From: Andalucia godoyi And28
Lineage: Eukaryota; Protista; Jakobida
Assembly: GCA_009859145.1 (NCBI GenBank)
Contig: VRVR01000045.1
Span: forward strand, 1 to 29,313
Direction: 5' to 3'
Length of the DNA: 29,313 bases
Positions 1 through 9,197 of this stretch are shown here, piece by piece. Positions within the stretch are counted from its first letter, which is position 1, and each line of letters opens with the position of its first letter. A program made the translations under genes and the position numbers. The notes under the pieces were generated by a model, which searched no databases, was not told the DNA's origin, and saw nothing but the letters and a program-made list of their open reading frames with translations.

Positions 1-6
1 TGCCAC

Positions 7-200
7 TAACCCTAACCCTAACCCTAACCCTAACCCTAACCCTAACCCTAACCCTAACCCTAACCCTAACCCTAACCCTAACCCTAACCCTAACCCTAAC
101 CCTAACCCTAACCCTAACCCTAACCCTAACCCTAACCCTAACCCTAACCCTAACCCTAACCCTAACCCAAACCCTAAACCCTAACCCTAAACCCTAACCT
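7..200. repeat. Telomeric repeat array (CCCTAA/TTAGGG) at a left chromosome end
   Basis: 27 perfect TAACCC units at 7-168, then variant units AAACCC, TAAACCC, TAACCC, TAAACCC, TAACCT at 169-200. The C-rich strand reads 5'->3' at the sequence start and the variants lie on the inner side, as expected for a true telomere. Confidence 0.97.
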
Positions 201-257
201 TAGCGAATCGCATCTTTATGAAGAAATTTGAAAAGCACAAGTCACAAAATTCCGTCA

Positions 258-3200
258 TCACGACTGACAGAACTCTTGCATTCTGTTCACAAGAACGGCA
301 TCTGCACTGGTGCGTTTCTTCACCTCAAACAGACTCGGGAACTTATGATGCAATGCTTGGAAAAAGGTTCGCAAACGTCGCCGGCCCTCCGTGTCAAGCG
401 CTGGAATCGCAAGGGACGGATTCAATACATCGTTCAGAATACGTGCGCGGATTTGGAATAGTGCGGATCTGTTATGCAGCCGAGTATGGGATTCGACATG
501 AGTTGATTCTTTCAGGTAAATCGCTACCGGCGGCAACCACGACAGGACGTCTCCAATTGTCAGGTACAACGCCGTCAGCACAGCTTGCTGTAGACACACT
601 TGCAAACGCTCCCCGTCGGACAGATCCGCCAATGAACGCACGGAAACCAGCCAGTCGGGCGAGAAGGCGACGTGGTAGTGAAACTCTTTTTTGTCACGCT
701 TCTGGATAAACGATGCGCCGCCCCAGTCAATCAAACATATGGGAAACCGAGAGTCGCTTTGCACCTCCTGCAACAGCACCACATTCTGTGGACAAATGTC
801 CATGTGATGCACACCATTCTGGCTGCACTGTAGTATGATGCTGGTCAACTGCTGCAAAAGTTCCGTGCAAAAAGCGAGGGAGCGGTCCGGGTAACACGAT
901 GCAAGCGGCAACGGCACTCCTACAGGAGCAGTGCACAGAATTGCTCCATGATCGGACTGTTCAGAATGCAAGAGAGTGGGGACCCAGAAGCGACGACGGT
1001 CCCAGTCGATTCTGGAAAGCTCTTGGAGTGCACCCAGTTCGGTGGTCCACTCCGCGAGCTTCGATGCCGGAAAATACTTGACAACGACGGATGTTGTTGA
1101 ATCAAGAGTCGCGGTCGCTGGTTCCACAGCATCCATCTTCCCGATGCCATGGACCGGTGCACGCTGCAGCATTCCAGTCAATTCCAGTTTAGATGAACTG
1201 GAGAGTGAGCTCACGATTCCAGAAGAAAACATAGAGAGCGCTGGTTGCAGGGCTCCATTCCATCCGCACAAAGAATGAGGATCACTGGACAAGGAAAAGC
1301 AAAGACCTTTCATACCGTTCTCTTGCAGTGCAATTGGCACAATTTCCAGCAGTTCGCAGTCCCATCCAAACTCTAACGGATCAAAGACACACTGTGGCGA
1401 ATCTCCATCCAGTTATGGCGCAGGGAGTTGAGCGAACTGACGATCACATACAGGTGTGCAAAACTCCTGAATGAGTACTGCCATCGCATTGTCCACACCG
1501 CTTCGCTCTTTCAGTTCAAAAAGCGATGGAGCCACGTCTCTCAGCTGCTGGAAAAACAAGCGAAGAGGCCCAAGACCCTTCAAAACAGCCGTATCAAGTG
1601 AGGCATCCAGCAGATTACCGATGATGACTCTTCGAATCTTAAACAGGTCGTCCTTCGTTCGCACGCGTGTGTGCGAGTCCTGTTGCAGGTTCTTCTTATC
1701 AAGGACAATGGCCATTGGCGGTAGCCATGAAAGCACGTCGCCGAATGCAATGTACATTGTGGTCAGAATGGCTTGTTGCAGGCAAACCTGCAGTCGCTCG
1801 CCATCGGACAGATCTGCCAACGACGCCACTGCATCCAGCCAATCGGGTGAGAACGCAGAATGGTAGTGGAACTCATCGTCGCTCTTTTGCAAGAATGATG
1901 CACCGCCCCAGTCGATCAAGCATACAGGAAACATAAAATCATTGAGAGGTTCCGTCAGAAGCACGATGTTCTGCGGACAAATGTCCATATGGTAAATGCC
2001 CTTCTCGTGGCAATTCGCCACGATGGACGTCAGCTGCAGAAGGAGCTCGGTGCAATACTGAACCACACGGTCCGAAAAACAAGACGCAAGCGGCAACGGA
2101 CTTCCCACAGGAGCGGTGCATAGAATGCCGCCACGCTCGCACTGCTCGGAGAGCACAAGAGACGGCACCCAATACTTGTGAGCGCCCCAGTCGAGTCTTG
2201 AAATCTCGAGCAGAGCATTTCGCTCGGTTTCCATATCTGCGAGTTTCGAAGGGGGAAAGCTCTTCACGACCACTGGGGTCGACTGATCCACCAGACCTGT
2301 TGCAACCTCGACTGCATCCGGTTCTCCCACATCATGTACAGGTCCACGCTGTAGCATTCCGGTTAGCTCGACTTGGTGTGCAATTCGTAATGAAGAAACA
2401 ATTGCAGACGATGCTGCAGAGACAACAGGGGGAGCTTCTCCGTTCCAAGCACACAATGTATGAGAGTCAAACGACAACAACGTGCACAGCGCGTACAAAC
2501 CCTCGGTGTCCAATGTAACGGCATCAGTTTGAAAAAAATCATAGTCCCACCCTTTGCGCGTCTGCATAATGCGCAGATGCAAGAAGACGATCGACGTGCG
2601 GTTGCACGCAAATCCCCAGTACGAGCGCCGGCGTATGCCGCACTCTTCGACCATGTGTGCAAAGCGTTGGTACACTTGCCGAATAGCCTCCTCCAACTTC
2701 GCGTCCGCATGCTCGCCGCCAGATCCTTTAAGCTCTCCGACAACACAAGACTCAAAGTACGTGGGCAATCGCTTAGCAATTCGTCCTCGACAAAACAGCA
2801 AATCCACACGTTGGATCAGTCCATACAGAGCACTTCTCGAGAAGTCCACAAGGTGCACATCACCGTGTTTGGAGAGGAACCGAGTGAAAAACAGCCGAAA
2901 CTGATCTTGCAGCGGTGGTTCGGGGGAGTTGAGAGGTAAACTTCCAATCGTGTCATTCCACATGGATTGGAAATCATCCCAGTGCAAAGGAGCGGGAGCG
3001 GACGCGAACAGATGCTGGAGAGAGACCTTCGAAGTATGTAATTTTGTGCCGCGGCTGCGTGATGAGGACCCTACCGCCAACAAATCTTGAGATAATTTGG
3101 AGAGGAAATACTTGATATTCGACACCTCCTCTGCTGCTCGGGACTTCTTCGCTTGTTCCTCCGACTTCTTCGCTTGCTCTTCGGCAGCAAGTCGTCTTTG

Positions 3201-3284
3201 ATGCTCTGCCTCTTTCTCTAGGCTCAGCTGCTCGATCCGCTTGAGCAGCTTCTGGATCTCATCATTTGGATCAGGCGAACTCAT
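258..3284 (-). CDS. Coiled-coil / PD-(D/E)xK REase-like / tandem protein kinase-like protein (Crinkler/RHS-type effector architecture); 2 exons, join(1452..3284, 258..1391), about 988 aa
   Basis: ORFs 1413..3284 and 258..1340 are in the same frame, separated by one TAA that lies inside a 60-nt GTATGT...CAG intron. Both kinase copies have VVVK, a helix-C Glu, HMDICPQN and LIDWGG. The N-terminal part has RVDLLF...VVGELKG (REase-like) and an EEQAKKS coiled coil. The sequence upstream of the track's GTG start (GWDCELL) aligns with GWDYDFF in copy 1. Confidence 0.8.
1392..1451 (-). other. Predicted spliceosomal intron, 60 nt, phase 0, containing an in-frame TAA
   Basis: Minus strand reads cct|GTATGTgatcg...ataactgg...cgccaCAG|tgt. 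Removal gives the continuous reading ...QEFCTP-CVFDPLEFGWD... Confidence 0.8.
3142..3183 (-). repeat. Two near-identical 21-bp units encoding EEQAKKS in the kinase N-terminal coiled coil
   Basis: gacttcttcgcttg starts at 3142 and again at 3163. Confidence 0.75.
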
Positions 3285-3846
3285 GGGTCAATACAGAAGT
3301 GAAATGAAATGAAAATAAATACATACAAGAAGAAAGAAAGAAGTGGAAAAGAAGAGAAATGTAAACGGGAAAAAACAGCATAAATGCGGGGTTTATCAGA
3401 TTTGCTTCGACGGTATGAGTCGGGAAAATGGAAGACTCACAGTGGTGAATAGTCTAGTAATTCCTGTACTCATATTGTTCAGTCGAGTCGGACAATTTAC
3501 AGACTTATACATTTTTCTTCTTTCCTGCTCTTTCTTTCCGATCCTTTGTTTCTCTTCTGTTGATTTCCGTTCCAAACCTATGAGTATCGCAGGCTTCTTC
3601 GACCAATCATATGCATTGTCGTGGTAGAGTCATGACCCAAGAACCCTATTGCGACTGCAGCATGTTCTTGTGATCGCCTTCCAAAACTTTGTGAAGTCTG
3701 AGCGTGCCATCTCTCAACTCGTACTACTGAAGCGAACGCAGCTGTTTCTTCTGAGAAAGCTGCTTTGACTGATCTTTGTTTCCAATTCATTCAAACAAAA
3801 CGGTATTAGCAATGATGAACGTTAAATTGGACAGATCCAATTGCTT

Positions 3847-5046
3847 TTATCCTGTACCTCGAATTCCATGAATTCTGTCGCCAACCAAAGAGAAAAGAAT
3901 GTCGGGAGGCATAGCTACAGTCTCGTTGTCGTTTCTGTAATAGTAGGAGGATCCGGGATTCGCGCAGTGAACAGTGCTACTCGGTGAAACGTCGATACGT
4001 ACGACAACTAATTCGTCAGGGCAGTTGGAAGTCATCAATTGAAGGAGGTCGCTGAGCTTTTTCTCAAGACTTTCGACGTAATGCCGTGTTTCTCCTGTTA
4101 GAACCAGGCCAGGTGGGCGAATAAGGCCGTTAATGCCGTTAGTTGCTTCATTCTGCAAGACCGTCACAGGATCAAATTCGACCAAAATGTCATTCAAGCA
4201 GGAGGGCATGATTGTTTGGCGTAAGCGCTCAACAATTTTGCGCTTCACTGCGTCGCGATCAGCAAATGGGATGTGGACACCCTGCACCACCGTCGAGTCG
4301 TGCACGCCAAGAAGCATTCTGCCTCCTCTGCAATTCAGAAACGCACAAACATTCTTCGGAACCATATTTTCTAAGTGGAATTGAAGACTCTCAGCAGACA
4401 TCGGATCCCACTCAATCTTGCCGCCTTTGCACTCCAGTTCATGAGACTCGTCCAGAAACAGTTTCATTCCTTTGACAAATATCAGTTCAGTTCCTGGAAT
4501 TCTTTTGAGAAGTGGACGAGCGTCAGCTTCCCTGGATATTGCGCATTTCTTCATCAGAGACAAGGCAAGTTTGTGCATCAGTTCTTTCTGGAGCACACCA
4601 GAACCAGCTTGGACTTCCGCAGATGCAATCACGTTGCCGTCGATCGACACGCTCCCAGCACAACTGCCCTCATTCATGTTCACATCCTGTCGAATGTCCA
4701 CGACATGTCCTTGCGACTGCAAGTTAACTCGTAACTGTTCCAACGCCGCAAGAGGAGTAAGCGATACTTCTGGTCTCTCAGAACTCGCATTTTTCAATGC
4801 CTGATGCAAAGCACAGATATTGTTCTTCACGACAAAATCTTCAAATGCCTTTTCTCGTGCCATCTTCTTTTTCACTTGTGGATTGTCACAGTATCCTGTC
4901 GCAAAACCCTCGACAGAAACCGTATACGTCCATTTCTTGGGTTCGGATTCATCACCGACTTCGGAAGTTTGCACGCCTTTGTCGATTTGTTGTGTGTATT
5001 CGTACGTCAATGCCACGGCATTCATGACTCCTGAAACCTCTGTCAT
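3847..5046 (-). CDS. Two dsRBD-like domains fused to a Schlafen/AlbA_2 domain, 399 aa
   Basis: ATG start. The C-terminal half has ESHELECK...KNVCAFLNCRGGRMLLGVHD...VQG (AlbA_2/Schlafen signature with ExxxxExK). The N-terminal KWTYTVSVEGFATG...KKKMAREKAFE and TPLAALEQL...GSVSIDGNVIASAE...KELMHKLALSL segments fit the dsRBD alpha-beta-beta-beta-alpha pattern. Confidence 0.75.
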   Translation of the reverse strand: MTEVSGVMNAVALTYEYTQQIDKGVQTSEVGDESEPKKWTYTVSVEGFATGYCDNPQVKKKMAREKAFEDFVVKNNICALHQALKNASSERPEVSLTPLAALEQLRVNLQSQGHVVDIRQDVNMNEGSCAGSVSIDGNVIASAEVQAGSGVLQKELMHKLALSLMKKCAISREADARPLLKRIPGTELIFVKGMKLFLDESHELECKGGKIEWDPMSAESLQFHLENMVPKNVCAFLNCRGGRMLLGVHDSTVVQGVHIPFADRDAVKRKIVERLRQTIMPSCLNDILVEFDPVTVLQNEATNGINGLIRPPGLVLTGETRHYVESLEKKLSDLLQLMTSNCPDELVVVRIDVSPSSTVHCANPGSSYYYRNDNETVAMPPDILFSLVGDRIHGIRGTG

Positions 5047-5384
5047 ATTGTCCTGTCGGCTTAGGTGTAGCTTGAATACACCTCTTCTGCAAACAAACTG
5101 ATTGGAATTGGTGAGAAAAGTTGAAATTTTAGCTATCTTTCTCGACCAGATGCGTGAAATCCAGGAGGAGCAAGATTTTTTGAATTAGAAGTTGATGGAA
5201 TTTGAGCGTAAAATACGTACGAGCAGCCTGACCCAGGAGATGCTCTTGCTGCCAATCATCCAAAAGCCAAGCAGCCAATTTCGACCCCAACAATTCAGAA
5301 TAGTTCTTTGATTTTGACCACGCGAGGCATTTGCCTTTCTGGACACTGCATAGTAGTGCCGGAACACAGAGAAACCAATCGGTG

Positions 5385-6275
5385 ATGGCCCGAGCAATCA
5401 ACTTGGAAGTACTGATTCTGGGCTTCGCGGGTTTCCGGTTCTTTAACAAGCTATTTTCCAATCGGCAGTATGGACAGCAGACTCCCTGGGTGACGCTCAT
5501 CTTGCTGGTCGTGTGTTTCTGGGTGTACATCCGAGACTTTGGACTGGCTCCTGTGGGAAGAGTTCCATTTGTTCCTGCTCTCCAGGAGAGCTTGTTTTGT
5601 CCATTTGTGATTGTAGACAGAATTGTCAAACAAAACTCACCCTCGTCGTCGTACCAGCATTACAACGGTCCCCATGGATCGTCATCTCATGGTATCTTCA
5701 ATTTCCTGGTTCCTGCATTCGGAGCCGTGTTTCACCATGCCCACGTTTTTCACTTGTTGTCGAACATGGGATCCTTGCTGCACAATGGTGTGATTTTGGA
5801 GGACACAAAAGGTTCTGTCTGGTGCATTATCATGTTCTTTGTCAGTGCTCCTTTGGTTGCAGCAGTGCACATCCTCCTTTCCATGCTCCTTCTGTTGTTC
5901 GCAGGGTACAATGAGTATCACAGTTGTGGCATCGGCCTCTCCGGCATTTTGTTTGCCATGCTCGTTGCTGTCGGTGCGCTGACATCGGGTTCGGAATTTT
6001 ATCACGGTAGACAATGCTTCTTTGGAATCCTGTACGTCCCCAACGTGTACGCAATCCTTGGCCAAGCTCTCGTCTTGACATTCTTAGACTCGCAAGTATC
6101 ATTCGTTGCACACGCATCGGGCTTCCTGGTTGGATTCTGCTATCTTTGGCTTTCTGGGCACTTGCATCTTCACGGCTACTTTACGACATCAGCAAGTAGG
6201 ACGCACAATGTGGACTCTGCACCACGACGGCGGCGGTACGTGATTCGGAATGGGAGGCTGATGTCATACGAATGA
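5385..6275 (+). CDS. Rhomboid intramembrane serine protease (RHBDL4/RHBDD1-like), about 296 aa from the first ATG
   Basis: Motifs PWVTLILL, FHHAHVFHLLSNM, catalytic GLSG (GxSG) and SFVAHASG (catalytic His), with multiple hydrophobic helices. The track start at 5331 is TTG; the first ATG is at 5385. Confidence 0.9.
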   Translation: MARAINLEVLILGFAGFRFFNKLFSNRQYGQQTPWVTLILLVVCFWVYIRDFGLAPVGRVPFVPALQESLFCPFVIVDRIVKQNSPSSSYQHYNGPHGSSSHGIFNFLVPAFGAVFHHAHVFHLLSNMGSLLHNGVILEDTKGSVWCIIMFFVSAPLVAAVHILLSMLLLLFAGYNEYHSCGIGLSGILFAMLVAVGALTSGSEFYHGRQCFFGILYVPNVYAILGQALVLTFLDSQVSFVAHASGFLVGFCYLWLSGHLHLHGYFTTSASRTHNVDSAPRRRRYVIRNGRLMSYE

Positions 6276-7886
6276 AGTGCCTGAAATCGTTACATACGTC
6301 ATCTGTGTATTTTTGACGATGCTGTGATGAAAAAAGTGTTCTCAAAGATAAGTTTTCCTTCATCGCATCATTATTTTGTTTTTTGTGTTTCATGTTTCGT
6401 ACTTCAACTGCATGTTCTAGCCATTCATCCGGATATGAAATGCTGTGAAGTAAACAATGGCCAATCGAATTTTCCATCATCAGTTCAAACGAGCGGACGG
6501 AACGCCGTCAAGATGGTTCAGAACCGAAGAGATTTCGAAGTCGCATGCTTGCAAATCATTGTCATGTTCCTCCTGTCTTTTTCCAACAGGAGGCGAGCTC
6601 TAGCACCGTAGCAAAGAAGCAAGATGTAAAGAAAACGATCAGGGGTTATTTGATTTCGAAGCATCGTGCTGTGTGTCCAGAACCGTGCTTTGGAGCGGAA
6701 AGTCGTGTTCGCGAACCTCGAAGGGCTTGATCCGTCGCCCGATCTGGACCCCGCGGGTCTTGCAAGGATGAACGGGTCTTCAGAGTATCTTCTGCGTGAT
6801 CTTGATGTGGAGTCTGTTGGGATGGTGCAGGTGCGGGAGAACGCTACTGATAAAGAAGAAACATGTCGAGTTTTGCAGTCGAGAAGTCCAGCTGAGAAGT
6901 GGCTTGCAGCAATGTACCAGTTCATTCGAAGAGTTTGAAAGTGAAAACCCATATTAGAAGGAACAAAACGGTTCACGCAGATAAAAGGCAACTGCAGATT
7001 ATGTCTGCTGTCACACTCCGTAAATGAAGAAGAGCGTTGCTCATGAAACATAAAGGATTGGCATGCGTGACTGTTCTCCAAGGTCCAGGTCGTTTTTCCC
7101 AAAAGAGCTCGCACCTTCATCTCGTCTAAGGAAGAGGAATTCGAAGAGGATGCAAGTGTGGTTGATATGCATGAATAAACCAGGAACCTCATCCCTTGAA
7201 TTGCATCCGGCACGAAAATGGCCCATGCGCGGAGTGGAATACGAAACAACGCCGTAATACAACATTAGGAACGGTTCTCGGACACTCGGCATGACCTGAA
7301 AAACAGCGTGACTTGGAACAAATGTTTTAGAAATGAATGGCAGTTTCGTTCTATACTTGCTAAAAAGGACTAAGACAGAAAATGGTTGCAACACAGAAAG
7401 CACTTCGACGAGATCCTGCGGAGACGATCTCGAGAGATGTTCCACATTACATTGGCAAGGCACTGAAACTGACTGCCGGCGTGCAATCCACAAATTCCGA
7501 CATTTCAGCTATGCGACAGTCATGAGCAATGAAATACTGACATCGGTGCTCACAATTCTATCATCAGAAACCGTGTGCCGGCAGCTCTTCTCATTAGTTT
7601 GTAAACAAGAACCACTTCTACACCGCGACGATCAATGAGTTGTTGAGAGACAAAGGAGTGACATGAGTAATTTGTTACTGTATTTCAGAAGACGAAGATG
7701 TTCCACGTCAGAAGAGCATTTGTAACAAATAAACCATGTCTCCTCAACATTCAAACAGTCCTTATTAACGTATTTAATCCATAACAATGATTCGTTTCTG
7801 GAGAAGAGGCAACGAACACTGACATTTCTAGATAATGCCACATACGCATATGAGATAGGAAAAGAACCAAAGAATATCCGGAATAT

Positions 7887-9051
7887 CTAAGGAAGAGCGG
7901 AACGGTTGTTGTGGATTGATCGTTGAACCTCTTCTGCATGACGGAGACTGTCGGTGTCAGGCAACAAATGTGTGGCACTTTGAGCCACTGCCAGACTGTT
8001 TTCAAGGTCCTTCTTGGAAAGCCTGTTGTTGCAAAAATCCACAGACAGTGAGTTCCATGCTCCTTCCAGGTCGCTCGCACTTCGAAGATAACAGTACCGC
8101 GCAAGCAAGATCTTATTCTGGAATTGCAGAAATGGGTGAAGAAGGAAAGGGGGTACAACAGAACAAAAAGACATAAACAGCGACGGAGGGAAAAAGATCG
8201 CTGCAGCGGAAGCAATTCCAGCCACACCAGACGCGAGCACGATACAAACCTCAAGATTTCTTTGCAGAACTTTTGCTTGTTCGAAGAGAACGCCTTTGGA
8301 TTCTTGCAAGTCGTTGTCAAATCCATTGAATTGAGGACGAAGGTTCTTCTTCCACTCTGACCATTGGGACACCATCAGTTTCTTACTCTCTGCCTTTTCC
8401 TTTTGAAACTCGGTCACATTCTGGAAAACCTTCCTGCCGCCGTGGAGCCATTTGTAATAGGATGCATCAGAGACATAGTCACGCGCCAGATTGCATTTGG
8501 TCTGCATCATGTCCTTCAGAGAGACAACCACGTCTTCTTCATAAGCAAGGCGCTCCGAGTTGCGCATTTCGGAGTCCAGCGAGTCAAACCGGTTGAGAAG
8601 TTGTCTGTACAAACGACTAGCATCAGAGTGTTCTTTTTGCCAAACTTCGAGATAATCAGAAAAATGAATACTGCCAATCGTCGAGGTGGCAAATGTTGAC
8701 AACGCAGCAGTAGCCCTCAACAACTTACTCGACGCGAACCGGCCAAGTGTCAACGATTGCAAGCACGCAGTGAGACCTGCTGAAATCCATAAACTGGCCC
8801 ATGTAATCTTTTGGATTTTGGAAACAAAATCGCGTTCTGCTTCGTGGCAATTGTACGCAATCAACGTACCTCGGCGTTGATTCCAATACAAGGATCTCAA
8901 GGAAGGTCTGGAGTGGGTCGCGAATACGTCAGTAACAGAGTCTGGAAAAAAGAGGTCATGGTCGAAGAGCATACCCGTCCCACTTTTTCTGTTCTACCGC
9001 ATGGTCAGCCGCAGTTGGCGCAGCAGAAAATAAAGACGTGAAAAGACCCAT
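7887..9051 (-). CDS. Tandem SLATT-like (2TM + 2TM) membrane protein; 2 exons, join(8975..9051, 7887..8907), about 365 aa, with MGxxxS N-terminus
   Basis: Two repeats of helix - hydrophobic hairpin - amphipathic helix: ITWASLWISAGLTACL/LLRATAALSTFATSTIGSI...EHSDASRLYRQL and VCIVLASGVAGIASAAAIF/LFMSFCSVVPPFLL...LARYCYL. The upstream exon MGLFTSLFSAAPTAADHAVEQKKWDG joins in frame through a 67-nt intron. The SLATT assignment is by pattern only. Confidence 0.65.
8908..8974 (-). other. Predicted spliceosomal intron, 67 nt, phase 2
   Basis: Minus strand reads gacgg|GTATGCtcttc...gtTACTGACgtattcgcgacccactcCAG|accttcc, with a canonical-like donor, branch point and acceptor. Splicing gives ...KWDG-PSLRSLYW... 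Confidence 0.72.
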
Positions 9052-9197
9052 GATGAAAGGGTTCCCAGAGGAGACTAGAATGGAGCAAAGGAGAAAAAGG
9101 AGAAGGAAGCCAAAACATTGCAGAATTGCCAAGCATTGAATTCTGCCCCGCCACGATTTTGCCGAAGATCGAGAATTTTACGTGTACATCAGACGAA

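Noticed and set aside
1-6. Non-telomeric TGCCAC before the repeat array, suggesting an interstitial telomere
   Set aside because: It is only 6 nt at the sequence edge. Orientation and the inner-side variant repeats fit a true end, so an adapter remnant or end-of-read error is more likely.
1413-1415. Alternative genetic code or stop readthrough explaining in-frame stops between collinear ORFs
   Set aside because: The stops at 1413 and 9606 lie inside canonical GT-AG introns, and multi-kb ORFs are open in the standard code.
5129-5629. 166-aa minus-strand ORF and the many other antisense or overlapping ORFs in the track (for example 218..709, 2460..2939, 13118..13612, 16787..17587, 25968..26648, 28501..29169)
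   Set aside because: They overlap motif-supported genes or elements on the other strand or frame and show no recognisable domains.
5385-6275. Rhomboid as a functional partner that cleaves the SLATT-like protein
   Set aside because: Only proximity supports it. It looks like an ordinary eukaryotic RHBDL4-type rhomboid and lies on the opposite strand.
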